The position numbers and the translations under genes are program-made. From Lingula anatina (Eukaryota; Animalia; Brachiopoda), in the NCBI GenBank assembly GCA_051362555.1, contig JBPQGU010000016.1:2108001-2172000 (forward strand): a stretch of 64,000 nt of DNA. The letters are read 5' to 3'. Positions 10,551-23,623 of this stretch are shown piece after piece. Below the pieces are notes generated by a model that ran no database searches, was not told the DNA's origin, and was given only the letters and a program-made list of their open reading frames with translations. Numbering within the stretch: the first letter of the stretch is position 1; each line of letters begins with the position of its first letter.

Positions 10551-12870
10551 TGTTGTTGTAATTTGAATATTTATCAGTATTTATCATTGTTTGTTTCATT
10601 TAGAGAACAGTAGTGTATAAGTATAAGTTTTGAGATTATATTACCAGTGACCCATTGTTACCGGTCAATTATTTTTGAGAGTAATGAGAGATCATACTGG
10701 GCTGGAGACCACTCGTGATTTAGCAGCAGATGCGCGATGGGGCTAGCCCATCGTATGATTTTGTCACAGATACGCATGGGGGCAAGCCAATCGTATATGT
10801 ATACATTTTTTTTTATTATTTGAACAACAGGATTATCTCCAAGTTTATGTAGCTGAAATTCGAGTAAGTGAATTATTATTATTTTATTATTTATTTGTTC
10901 ATTATAGTATCATAAATTATGCGTTTACTTTGCTCATGTTCACCATTAATTGTACTCCATTATCATGTTAGTATTATCATTTTTATTTTTATTCATTGCG
11001 TTTATTTTCATTATTTTTTTTAGTTTCACCATTTGTCTTATGTATGATGTGATGATGTGAAATAAAGGCTACTGATATAGAAATCCTGAGTTGTTCAACA
11101 GTGAAATCGAATGCAGAGTCCCTGCCGGTGATATTCGAATACCGAGTCCTACCCAGTGAGCCACCTGTCTGTGTCTTTGTGTCCAACGCCTAGTCCCCTC
11201 TTCGTGTTACAGAGGAGGGTGAACGTTCCACCGCGCCGACAATATGAGTGAACCAGAGAAAATGGAGGATCTACGCCGGGCGAGAAGAGCGCGTAAGGGC
11301 GCGGTCAATAGATGTATTGGGGCAGTGGAAAGAGCCGAAGCTGAGGAGGACTCTAAACTAGTAGGGAGTAAGCAAGATAAGATTAAAGACACTTTTTCGT
11401 CTTTTGGATCATTTCATGACCAATTTTATAGTTTACTTGTTGATGATGATGAAGTAGAATCAAGCGAAGCATGGTTTCGCGAAGTAGAAAACAATTTTAT
11501 TGAATTCAATTCAATTCAATTTATTTCTGTACTGGTACATAGATTGTCATGACCTTGTACAATATGATATACTGATGACGATGTAATACAATTAGTGCAT
11601 TACCATTTCTCTAGTTGGTATTATGTTGCCTAGCCATTTGTGAATGAAAAAATAATATTTATATAATGAACATACATACTACTAAAATTACTCATAAAAT
11701 ACTCTATGCAATGAAATATTCTAAGCAATGAGATAAACCTTGGTGTGATTATACATTTACCATAAACATACTGTAAACATGTTACACAAAGGGATATGTT
11801 TAAACTTAAAACCACAGTTACATATCTGCTTACATGGCTGTTTAAAGCCAGTTTGATGTCATAGATAATTACGATTAATGACAATTACATAAGACAGATA
11901 CTCATAGGTAAATAAGTTACACAGATATAAATATTGTGCCATGTTCAGTCCCACTGCCGAGTCACTTCTCACAACAGTGGGACCATACACTGACATATGC
12001 TAGGAGTTACCAAGCAGAGCAACCATTTCACTTCTTTTCTTGAATGATTTGATTATAAAGTTGGAGAGGGACACTAAAGTATCTTTGTTGGCACTGTTAA
12101 ATACATGGCATAATTGACTGTCTGGTGACCTTGTGTCAGCTTTAAGGATTGAGGTTTTACTAAAAAGGTGACTCGGTCTGCTTTGTACATTGGGCATTGG
12201 AATATAAAATGGTATCCATGTTCAATTACCCCTTGGGTGCACAGGCGACAGATTCTGTCGCACCTGGTGTGCCGCCCAGTTTCGATGTGGAGTTTATGGT
12301 CACTAAGACGTAGTTTAGCAAGGGTTCACAAGGTGTCGTAATTTGTTATTTTATCAACATAAGTTGCCCTTTCACACTTTTGGTTAAGTATACGGAAGAG
12401 AGACAATTTACTGTTGGCTTGAAGTTTGCTATTGCATATTTGGGAAAAGTGGTCATTTTGTCTTTGTTTGAAAATTGTGATGAAGTTTTTTGGAGGTGAC
12501 TGGCTAAGCCACACATCTCCAAGTCCAAATTTTGAAAAGGATTTTTCGGATCCCCTCAGACTATGACATATAAGCTGGTCTGAGTGTATGGACTGCGGGA
12601 GGAACATAGGGTGTCAGCTTGTAGCTATTTATCTCTTGTATGTATGCTTGCTTCATTAGTGTATCATCAGACATTTGAATTATTTTACACCATAGTTTGA
12701 CAGATGCAAACTGTATTTTGGTATAGAGGGGAAGGCGGCCAAGTTCAGTGTATACACCATAGTTTGATACATTTTGATGGAGGCCAAGGATTTGTTCGCA
12801 AAATGTTAAGTGTAACTTTTCTGTAGGGCAATTATCATTGACACAGAGTAGCCCCATATCTCTGAGCAAT

Positions 12871-14654
12871 ATGTAAGGATTGGGGAAATGAGGGTACGGG
12901 CAACTCTCATCGCAGAAGCTTGACAGGGTGTTTACAGTGTTACGGTCTTTCCTCGCCGCGCTGGGAGGCCGAGTTGACCGCCGCTACCAGCCACAGGCAG
13001 CCTGCACAGTGGAAGCCGGGAATGGAGTTTAAGTGGGGTCGGGGGTGGGGGTGGGGGAATAAGGGTGAGGTTGAAAAGGGGAAAGGGAAAGGGCCCCCGG
13101 GGCCTTCCTTTGTAGTTTGAAGTATAATTTTTAATTTTATTGAATTTTTCAAAAACGATTCTGATGCCCAGAGACCAGTGTCGTTTTTTGAAAAACGATT
13201 CTGGCAACCAGAAACTAGTGTCGTTTTTCAAAAACGATTCTGAGAACCCAGAATCGTTTTTGTGGAGAGAAACGGGGGTGGGCAGAGGGAGAGACAAGTT
13301 TAAGTGGGGGTGGGGGTGGGGGTGGGGGTATTAAGGGTGAGGTTAAAGAGGGGGAAGGGGCCCCAGGGGCCTCCCTTTGTAGTTTGAAGTGTAATTTTTA
13401 ATTTTATTGAATTTTTCAAAAACGATTCTGATGCCCAGAGACCAGTGTCGTTTTTTGAAAAACGATTCTGGCAACCAGAAACTAGTGTCGTTTTTCAAAA
13501 ACGTTTCTGAGAAGCCAGAATCGTTTTTGCGGAGAGAAACAGGGGTGGGCAGAGGGAGAGGCAACCAGCGGTGTGAGTGTACCGCGATTAGGTAACCCTC
13601 ACCGCGAAAGCCGGGCAGGGTTTTACGGTCTCTCCTCGACGTGCGTTGAGACCGAGACGGTCGCCGATTATTGCCACCCTTCGAAGTTAATTTTTAATTT
13701 TATTGAATTTTTCAAAAACGATTCTGGCAACCAGAAACCAGAGGGAGAGGTGACGTCGATCTGCGCACCGCAGCTAGACTTCGATCGGCGGACGTCTCGA
13801 GAGAGCGTAACACCCTGCCCAGATACGCAGGGAGGGCTACCTGGTTACGGTAGACACTAATGCATTGCCAGTTGCCTCTCCCTACGTCCACCCCTGTTTC
13901 TCTCAGCAAAAACGATTCTGGCTTCTGAGAATCGTTTTCAAAGAAAAAAAAAGAAAAAGAAACGACACTGATTTCCGATAGCCAGAATCGTTTTTTTTTA
14001 AATTATTATTCAATAAAATTAAAAACTATACCTTTAACTACAAAGAGTGACCCTGTGGGCCCTTCCCCATTCTTCCTCTCATCCGCCCGCCGTTCACGGC
14101 TTACGCTGTGAAGGTGGACTGTTAAGGCGGCCGGTCTTCTAGTCCTCACCGCACGGCGAGAAAAAAAGCATAACTCCCTGAATACCTACGCAGTGAAAGC
14201 TGCCTGTGCGGGCGAGACAGGCGTTATATTCAGCACAGCTTCCTCGGTGTAGGCAATAATCGGCGACCGTCTCGGTCTCAGCGCACGTCGAGGAGAGACC
14301 GAAAACCCTGCCCGGCTTTCGCGGTGAGGCTTACCTAGTCGCGGTACACTCACACCGCTGGTTGCCTCTCCCTCTGCCCACCCCTGTTTCTCTCCGCAAA
14401 AACGATTCTGGCTTCTCAGAAACGTTTTTGAAAAACAACACTAGTTTCTGGATGCCAGAATCGTTTTTCGAAAACGACACTAGTTTCTGGTTACTAGAAT
14501 CGTTTTTGAAAAACGACACTAGATTCTGGTTGCCAGAATCGTTTTTGAGAAACGACAATAGTTTCTGGCTGCCAGGTTCGTTTTTGAAAAACGACACTAG
14601 TTTCTGGTTGCCAGATTCGTTTTTGAAAAACGAAACTGGAAACTAGAAACTAGA
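12871..14654. repeat. Complex palindromic repeat insertion replacing the RTEX RT core
   Basis: ~37-bp hairpin subunits (AAAAACGATTCTGGCAACCAGAAACTAGTGTCGTTTTT), a 267-bp direct duplication (13030-13560), a ~200-bp inverted copy (13480-13672 vs 14256-14450) and G-runs. Confidence 0.8.
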
Positions 14655-16738
14655 CACTAACTTCAGCCCTCTTATAAGATAATCCTTCCCTGATTTGATC
14701 ATTTCGTTTGTTACCTTGTCTTATCCTGTTGATTTGCCATTTTTCAATTTTTTGATATTGTTCATGATCTCATCAGCACTAATGTCATGGTCAAGTGCAG
14801 TTCTGTCTGAAGAATTCATTTCACTTTGCCTTAGTTTATTTTCTATTTTAAGCTTGAAATCTTTATCAAAGTTATGTTTACTTGATTCAGTTTCCTCACA
14901 AAGACTTTTAAAATACTCATAAAATTCACTTGGTTCAATAAATTCAGTTTGTGTAGACTCCATATTTAAATCTTTAACCGCTTTCCAGAAACATTTGGGA
15001 TTTGCATTTTCCATGGATTGCAACTTTTGAAGTAGGCCTTTTTTATATTCTTTTTTTGTTTTTTTACATCCTCTCTTATAACGATTGAATGTTTGGTAAT
15101 ATGATGCATTGGCTGAATTGTCAAAGGATTTCTTGCGCCTAAGTTTTGCTAAGTTTTTTAAGTGGGACCTCAGGGATTTTAAGTCATTGCTGTACCATGT
15201 TGCCCTTTTCTTGTTTTTTTGGAGGGAGGACTGAGGTGTATTTTCTTGATTTAAGAGCCTTTTCAGCTGCAGTTGTGAATATTTCATTTACTAAGGGCAA
15301 TGCCTCTTCAGGGGAGAGAGCTTGTGACATAAAGTAATCAACCTTTTGTTTTGTTTCCATGTCACCCAGGGCCTCGACAAATTTAATATGAGAATCATTT
15401 TCCCAAATGAATTTAGTTGGCTTTGGCATCAGCTGAATTGGTTTTGTATGTATGTTGTAAGTAGTTTTGCAGTACAGTTCAAGTTCAAGTAGGGCGTGGT
15501 CAGAAAATATTGACAGATCATTGACGTGAAAGTATGGGATGCTGCTGTACAAAGTGGCGCTACAGATGACATAATCAACAACGCTGTTACCAGCTGGTTG
15601 TTAACAAGTATATTTGCCAAGTAGATCACCTAGTTTACGGCCATTTAAAATTCTTATGTTGCAGTCTTTGCATAACTCTAGCATCTTTCCACCAAATGCA
15701 TTAGATTTTTGGGAGTCCATTGAGTTTCTAGGAGGGGGTGGGCTGTATGCATCACTGAGATAATGGGCCCCAGAAATTAAGGTTAAGTCTGTGCTGTCAT
15801 CTGTGATAAAGTCTGAGTTAACCTTCGTTCTGGCATTGAAATCCCCTTGGATAATTATATCACAGTTATCTGACACTGTTGTAAGTTCAGCTTTAAGTTT
15901 ATCATATGGGTCTGCATTTTCATTGATCACAGAGTTGGGGGGGGTTTATGTAGACTGTGACAAGGATGACACCACGCCTAAACCCAAAGTAGAATCTGCT
16001 CAATTTAAGTATCAGAATATCTTCACACTTGCTTTCTAACTTGGTAACTCCAGCAGTCACTGATTTTCTAACAAATGCTACAATCCTACCTGAGTTTCTC
16101 TTGGCTCTCTTTGATTTTTTCCTACAACTACTGTATGATACAAAGCCTGGCATTTCTATCTTGCTATCATTATCAGACCAGGTCTCCACTAAAGCTAATA
16201 TATCAAATCTAGAAATTTTCTTCACTAGTTCAGCATCTTCCAGCTTAAAGCCTATTCCATGGATGTTCCATGAGCCAACTTTGATGCTATCCGACTGTAC
16301 TTTTTTCATTATATAAAAACGAATTTTAATGAACAAGGCAGTGGATCCTTGCTGACATCACTTAATTTGGAAATAAACTAAATATTTTTAACACTGATAG
16401 TAATGGTGCACATATGCATGAATGTAAAGATTACCCACAACAACTTTAACAATTTCAGATTTGAACAACTTATGTTTTTACAGTAACAATTGGTTAAAAC
16501 ATTTTGTACTTACTGAGTTGGTTGGACTTGATAAGAGTAAATAATGGCGTGGACATTTGGAGTACTTATTATACACATCACTTATCCTAATACTTTTCCA
16601 GTTCTTTGTTTCTCAACTATGTTTACATATGCTCATTTAGTCCCAGGAGCGAGTATCAAAATGGGTGCCTGAGAAAATTTGCTGTCTGCTATATGGCCAA
16701 TGTCTCTCATCCCTGTCATGTCGTGGCTGCCTGCCATG

Positions 16739-17377
16739 TAGTCCGGTTGCTTAAGGAAAAAATCGTGACACGGCGGATAAAAGCACCAAATTTGGCATGT
16801 AGTTACCTTTTGACATTATAAATCAATTTAGAGCCGTAGCCCTCTCAAACAGTTTACCGTTTGGTAAAAAAATCCAAAATGGCCGCCAATTTATGGAATT
16901 CTATAGAAATATGTACATACCTATGTTGATTTTTATCAAATACATTATTTCCTCAGAGTTTTCCACACCCTTATTACCCATTTTATTCATATATGTCAGA
17001 TAGCAAACAAGTTCCCTTGGACGTTTTGCCTTAGAAGTGCCTATAAAATCCAATGCACCAGTTTTCCTACGGGGGAAAGAAGGCCATCTTGGGGTGCTTT
17101 CCCAGAGATTTAGATCGATCTAGAGATTAAGATTTAGATCGACCTACCTCCATTGGGGTTCACGCTAAATTGCAGTCAGCCGAGCGGGCACCATAGTTAA
17201 TTACCCCCTTACAGCTTTTAGTAGGTGGGACAGACGCTTAAGCCGGCCAAGCTGACAGTAATCTAGTGAGACTCCCCACAGGGATAGATTGATCTAAAAA
17301 TCTATGGAAATGGGGTGTTGGATTTCCCCAAAATGATCAAATATGGACATTAATTACCTAACAAATATGTATCATGG

Positions 17378-17434
<57 letters not shown>

Positions 17435-18183
17435 CAGAATAACAACTGAATTCAGCTTCATTTTATATGGAAGCCTATCTCTCGCAGGTATTAACTGAAC
17501 CCCACCTTCTATGGCTAGTGGCAGCCATTTTGTTTTGTTTTGTTTTCAAAAAGGATACACATAACATTCTCATCACATATATTATGTGGATTAAAATGAT
17601 GTGGAAAATACTCAGAAACAAACCCAATTTATCAATTGATATTATATCTCCATGGCAGAAGAAGCCCTATGTGTATACTAGTATTCCTTTGATATGGCGG
17701 CCATCTTGGATTTTTCTCGAAATGCCTGAGAATAAATGTTAGTTACTTACCACAAATATATTATTTGTGTAATAAGGCACTCAGAAACAAAATAAATTAG
17801 ATAGTGGGCAATGTATCTTCCTATAGTTGGCATTAGTTGAAACCCTTGTACATGTTCTAGTATTCCTATGCCATGCGGCGGCCATCTTGGATTTTTCAAA
17901 AAGTCCAAGGACACTCTTTGTTATCTGACATATATGCATAATATGGGTAATAAGGATGTGGAAAACATTGAAAAAATACTTTTCAACATAGGTATGTATA
18001 TATTTCTACAGAATTTCACAAATTGGCGGCCATTTTGGTTTTTTTGGCCAAACGGTAACTTTTTTACGTGGGCTACGGCTCTAATTTGATTTAGTATGTC
18101 AAAAGGTACCCACTTGCAAAATTTGGTGCTTTTATCCGCCGTGTCACGATTTGGCCATTTTTTTACCCTAAGCCACCGGACTA
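16739..18183. mobile_element. Academ-like non-autonomous DNA transposon
   Basis: Termini TAGTCCGG...CCGGACTA, ~280-bp imperfect TIRs and a 3-bp TSD ATG on both sides. TAG ends with a 3-bp TSD are typical of Academ. Confidence 0.7.
17091..17315. mobile_element. Palindromic MITE (family also at 40885 and 43283)
   Basis: Shared motifs gatcgatcta, ctaaattgc..tca, ttaagccgg, gagactcccc and gatagattgatc arranged as an inverted repeat. Confidence 0.6.
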
Positions 18184-21100
18184 ATGGATGTAGAGCTGTG
18201 GTTCTCTCCTGCGTACGTATCCCCATGAAACATTGGTTTTCCCCCACTTTCTATGTTGATGATGTGACTTTGGGGAGAGTAAGTGTCCAGAGTCTCCATA
18301 TGTCTGACGGCGGTAAGTGTCTTGGGTATTAACAGGTTTGACATCTCTGCGGGTCTGTATAATGGCGGGGATGTTCTGCCCATTTGCTGTGTTGCATTCA
18401 TTGTCTTCATGGAAAAGAGAAACTCCAGATCTATGCACACCTAGCGAGTGTTTGGTATGAAGTAGTAGACGAGGGAGTCCATGTCTATCATTTAGGTGTA
18501 CATTGTCGTGAAACATCCTTTTGTTCACTTTTCCAGAGTTATAACAGACAACTGGCTCATTATTTTGAAATTTCAGTTTTTTGTTTCTCACACACTTTCT
18601 CAATTGACCTGTTGACATTGTTTATTTCACAGTAACTCTTGTCTTGCCGTGGAAGAATACTTGACATGATGATTGAAGCCTTTGTAAACTTCTAAGCTGT
18701 AGATGCTAGTTTATCATATGCTATCCCTGGTGTCATTGTGCCATCTGCAAAGTATTTCAGATCATTAGTCCCGGTAAGTAGCACAACACTGTCAAAGTCT
18801 GTTTTATCACATCCTTGGATAGCTTTTATCATTTCTTCTACCCCACCACGTACATACTGCTTCTCTACAAGCATACTTTTTTGTGCGGGTCTCGTGCATC
18901 CTACTAAGTATTGAGTCAGACAGTATCAGGGAGTGTTTTTGGGAAGTAACTTTTCCAGTAGATTTCCACATACTAGTACTTGTCCCCGGTAGGGCTTGGC
19001 TTTCAGTGTTGGTTGTCTTTACCATATCTGCGTTAGTCTTGTTTTTGGGAAAGTCATCTGTAATCATACTGTGTGTATGATTTTGTGAGAGTTTGTGTGA
19101 GTTTGAGTGTGTTTCATCAAGTTATTTCTTTTCAATTCTTTCTGCTTTCTCTTTTACAATTTTCTTCATTTCATTCAGCTATGTTTGCAGCACGTTACTC
19201 TGAAGGGTGAGGTTGTTTATCTTCTCTTGCTTGACAGTATCTCTCAGATTGTTTATCTTTTCTGCCTGTTGCTTGATAGTATCTCTCATTTCTTTGTTCT
19301 CAGTGCTATGTCTCTCATTGTTTGTCTGTAAGACTTTTGGACTGAGATCTGTCTGGCTGGCCTCCAAATTGACAAGGGCATTGTTTATGGAAGTAAGGAT
19401 CTCAGTCCAATTATCTGACCATCTCTGCTTGACTGATTCAGCCTTAAGCAAGAATGTCTGCTTTGGTGTAGTTTTTGCTGCAGGTGTGCTTTTATTTGGT
19501 AGTTTGATGGGGGTACTCAAGGCCCTTTCTGTCTCTTCATGTTCATGCCTGGGTTTTGTACTTTTCTCTTCATAGAGCTCTTTCACACTTGTTTCACCTT
19601 GTGTTTTTGCACGTGTTTCCTCATCCTCTTGAGTTTTTAAAGTTTGAGCTTGGGCTTCTCCATTTTCTCCACTTGTGTCAAGACTGCTCTTTGTTTTTCC
19701 TCCATTAGAAGTTTCTCATAAATTTCGTTATCATACTCCTTTCCATTTTCAAATACTTTGAATGAATGAATCCCGGCCTTTGACATGAATTCTTTGGCAC
19801 CTGAGTAATAGATGTATCCCTGATGCAGATTTTCAGAGTAGCCTAGAACTTGCTTCTCAGCCTCTTCCCAGGTCCTGTAGACACCAACTTGGTAGCCTCT
19901 CGCCACAGCATAGTAGCCTTTTTTCTTTGAAGAATTCCTTTTCTTGGTCATTTCAGATGCTGGTAGAGATATTTTGTATCAACCACGTAGTTTCAGAACA
20001 GATAGAAGATATAAGAGTCAAGTTCTTGCAGCATTTCAACTTTCAAGTGATGTCAGCTTTCCACCTCCTTGACCTACTTTCAGGTCTCCATTGTTCTTTG
20101 TCCTTAATGTCCAAAAGCTTGAACTTCAAAAATCAAACTTCCAAGAAGTGCTGCTGTTAATCCTTTACCACATAAAGGTTCTATATATACTCACAATAGT
20201 TATCCATACTTATACTTCAAATCATACATTTGAAGACTTTGCCAAACAAAAATTAAGAAAAAAACACAAGAGAGGAGTCAGTGTTGTTTCAACTCACTTG
20301 ACCTTGACCATTGAATGTGTTAAGCTTGGTATTGGTTTTTTGAAAGGTGTAAAGAACAGAGCAGAAGTACAGCCTGCAAGTGAATCAACTTTGATTTCAT
20401 ATTTAAATGTACCACGATGCAATATTGACATTTTCAGTGGCAATACCAAAGATTATCATTATTTTATTACCTTATTTGAAGAGATTATTGAATCGAATGT
20501 GAAAGATCCTCAAACTAGATTAAATAGGTTGCTTCAGTTTACGTCTGGACCAGCAAAAGATGCAATCAAGAACTGTGTATTAATAGGTGGTTCAGAAGGT
20601 TACACAAAAGCAAGAGAAATACTAAAAGAACGATTTGGTAATGATAATCTGGTTGCCAATGCTCTCATTGAATATCAGGCAAGGTAAACGAGTTAGTAGT
20701 GCTAAAGAGTTGCAATGTTTAGCTGACGAACTCCAAATTGTCAAGCTTACACTGGAAAAGTTGTCATTAAAAGGAGAAATAGAAAACCAGAAAATCATGT
20801 TGGACATAGTACGTATAGTAGATGTAGTAGTAAAGGTATGAAAGGTTGGCAAAAGAAAGCATTAGAGGTGAAAAAACGGTTCGGAAAATATCCAACATTT
20901 ACTCAGTTCGCTGATTACATGACCTTGTCGGCTGCGGACGCCAACGACCCGGAATACGGAGACCACTCTTTACCTAAATGGTTCAATTCATCTGTCGCGT
21001 TTGCCAGTGCTAAAAAAGATGAAGTTCCGACAAACATGAGTAACCTGCATTTTGTCCCTTGTGTTGTTTGTCAGCGAAATCACAAGTTGTTTCAGTGTGA

Positions 21101-22461
21101 CGATTTCAAGAAAATGGACGTGTCAGCGCGGATTGCGTTAGTGAAGAGGCACAAGCTGTTTCAATTGTTTAGACGCGGGTCATTATTCCGATAGCTGTAA
21201 CAAACTTCCCATGTGCAAGGTGTCCGGTTGTGCTTATAAGCACTCTAAATTACTTCACGTATTATCCGAAACAACTCATGCCGATCAGGGTACAAGAGCG
21301 TCGAACGTGACTAATAGTAGTGTTCAGTCAGTTGAGGCCGCGGTTTTTTTAAATGCGTCAGATAGCGGTGTTTTTTCAGCAGCAGTCTCTGCCCATTGTT
21401 ACAGTGAGAGTAAATGACAAGATAAATGCACTCGCGCTTTTAGATAGCGGATCAACGTCTACTTTTATATCACAGCGCTTGGCTTCTTCTCTTTGCCTTG
21501 ATACAAAGGATGACGTGCAATGTCAGCTAAGTACTCTTGACAGTTCAAGGTCCATTAGGTCGGCTGTTGTTTCAATTGACGTGTCGCCTTGCAGCGACGC
21601 TGCGAAAACGTACCACTTATCGAATGTGTTAGTTGTCCCAACTATACAAGTCCTAGCAAATCAACACATTAATGTGTCAGCTTTCCCTCATCCATCAGGT
21701 ATTCATCTTCCTCGGATTAATACGCGCTCGCAAGCTGATTTGATTATAGGCATGGACAATGTACATTTAATTATGCCGCTTGAAGTGCGCATTGATGAAA
21801 GTGGTGAGTGTGATATGTATGCAGTTCGTTCACGATTAGGGTGGTGTTTGAACGGACCCAATGTCAATTCTCTTTCCCAAGAACTTTCAGTCAATTTCCT
21901 TTCTCTAGAAGAGAACATATGGAATATGTGGAAATTGGAGAGTGCTGATGATAGTTTGGGATTTTCATGTGAGGACAAAAGAGTTTTGTCTTTATGGGAA
22001 TCTACTTTTTCCAAGGAAAATTAACAATGCGTTTTACCCATACCATGGAAAGACGGTTATGTTAAAAGAGTGCACGAGAGTGACATTGAGTTGAATGATA
22101 ACACAGTGTGGTATTTACCACATCATTTGACCAGTGACCCATTGTTACGGGTCAATTATTTTTGAGAGTAATGAGCAGATCATACTGGGCTGGAGACCAC
22201 TCGTGATTTAGCAGCAGATGCGCGATGGGGCTAGCTCATCGTATGATTTTGTCACAGATACGCATGGGGGCAAGCCCATCGTATATGTATACATTTTTTA
22301 TTTGAACAACAGGATTATCTCCAAGTTTATGTAGCTGAAATTCGAGTAAGTTATTATTATTTAATTATTTATTTGTTCATTATAGTATCATAAATTATGC
22401 GTTTGCTTTGCTCATGTTCACCATTAATTGAACTTCATTATCATGTTAGTATTATCATTTA

Positions 22462-23338
22462 TGTAGCCAAATGTTCACAAGCACAACGAAGCTCTGTTTT
22501 TGCTCCAAATTAAGTAGGATAAGTCCATATGACTGAAATTGTCATTTATTAATGACGAAAACTAATAAGATACAAAGTTACAAAACTGGGGAGATAATAA
22601 ACATCCCCCAAACTATATAAGTGCTAAATATAAAAATAATAAAGTATGTTAATGAAATGTAACCAGGATTAATTATGAAAAATATGAGAAATCACAACAG
22701 CTATAGGAGCAAAAAGTTGGGGGGGAAATGAAAACAAATACTAGCCTGTGTGTGATCCAAAACTTGAAGTCATCCCGTAAAAGGAAACAGCCGTCGCCGA
22801 AACTTGAATATCAAATACTGGTGACTGGAGAAAAGTGAATATTGTCCAAATAAAATAAAGTCACCAAGTAACAAATAACCGTCAACAGCCGTCGCTGAAT
22901 CTTGAATACCAAAACTGGTGGCTGGGGAAAACTGAATAATCCGAAGAAAATAGTCACCAAGTAACAAATAGTCGTCCCCAAATCTTGAAACCACAAAAGT
23001 GATGACTGGTAACCAGTGTACAAATAACAATAAAGAAACGTAAGTAATAATACAGTGTAGCTGCTAAAACTGCGGGTAAATATATCCGCAGCTAAAAAGC
23101 TGAATGACTTCTCACTGAATGCAGCTCGATGGAATTAATCTCCAAAACATCTTTCATAGAATATACTTGTGTGTGCCTTGATACACAGCAGCTAAGACAT
23201 TCCTTAACCCTGGACATCTGTTAACACCTTGTCTTGGTCAACTACTTAAGGTCAAAACGTGCAGACACAAGACCCAAACAAAACGTTGATGTATTACCAA
23301 AAAGTTAATAGCACCACTAAAACAAACCATTTGCTACA
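22462..23338 (-). mobile_element. Solo-LTR-like insertion inside the BEL 3' LTR
   Basis: TGTAGCCAAATG...CATTTGCTACA termini, minus-strand AATAAA near 22545 and an internal ~97-bp tandem repeat (22787-23010). It is absent from the 5' LTR. Confidence 0.65.
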
Positions 23339-23505
23339 TAAATACAATTAATTCTCTTAATTGTAGTTTTTTATTTTTATTCATTGCGTTTATTTTCATA
23401 ATTTTTCTTTTTTTTTTTTTTTTTTTTGTTTCACCATTTGTCTTATGTATGATGTGATGATGTGAAATAAAGGCTACTGAGATATGAATACTGAGTTGTT
23501 CAACA

Positions 23506-23623
23506 CGGACCATTGCTCACAATTCTCAAAAACAAATGGTATCTGATCGGGCAAGAAGAGCACGAGCCAGAGCCGTCCCCTTTTGACCGAAAAGTATATT
23601 GCTTAAGTATTCAATGTTATCTG
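23506..23623 (-). pseudogene. Relic of a gene-B-type GIMAP exon (acceptor and P-loop region)
   Basis: Aligns to 27283-27370 and reads NIEYLSNILFGQKG---TALARALLARS with a 9-bp deletion in G1, then stops. It is cut by the BEL LTR. Confidence 0.75.

Larger units (their letters stand above)
16637..19951 (-). pseudogene. RTEX ORF1: RNase H1 hybrid-binding-like domain + coiled coil + SGNH esterase (frameshifted, interrupted)
   Basis: YYAVARGYQVGVYRTWEEAEKQVLGY at the N-terminus, a heptad-rich middle, and SGNH blocks LILSDSI, RGG, TGTNDL and DNVHL. Removing 16739-18183 plus one TSD restores ...LYIH|GRQPRHD...RSWD*. Confidence 0.75.
11506..20309 (-). mobile_element. RTEX-like non-LTR retrotransposon with both ends, decayed, inserted in BEL gag
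   Basis: TSD ATTGAAT (11499-11505 and 20310-20316) and an (ATTGA)n tail. ORF2 APE (SWNIHG, LVETW, RKKSKRAKRNSG, GDFNAR, SDH), EKLHLTFCEQILG...ELGRLPL and a C-terminal CxxC...HF..C. ORF1 carries an esterase. Confidence 0.85.
10551..23505 (+). mobile_element. BEL/Pao LTR retrotransposon, pol deleted, hosting nested insertions
   Basis: 5' LTR ~10551-11100 (TGTTG...CAACA); partial 3' LTR 22130-23505. Gag starts at 11244 and resumes at 20310 (VPRCNIDIFSGNTKDY, Pao gag type). Zn knuckles CVVCQRNH and CKVSGCAYKHSKLLH, protease ALLDSGS, then VWYLPHH joined directly to the 3' LTR. Confidence 0.88.

Noticed and set aside
14395-14635. CRISPR-like array of ~37-bp repeats
   Set aside because: The units abut without unique spacers, there are no cas genes, and the context is eukaryotic.
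19637-19951. Endogenous caulimovirus or host RNase H1 gene
   Set aside because: No RNase H catalytic domain or viral genes follow, and the segment lies within the RTEX TSDs at the ORF1 position.
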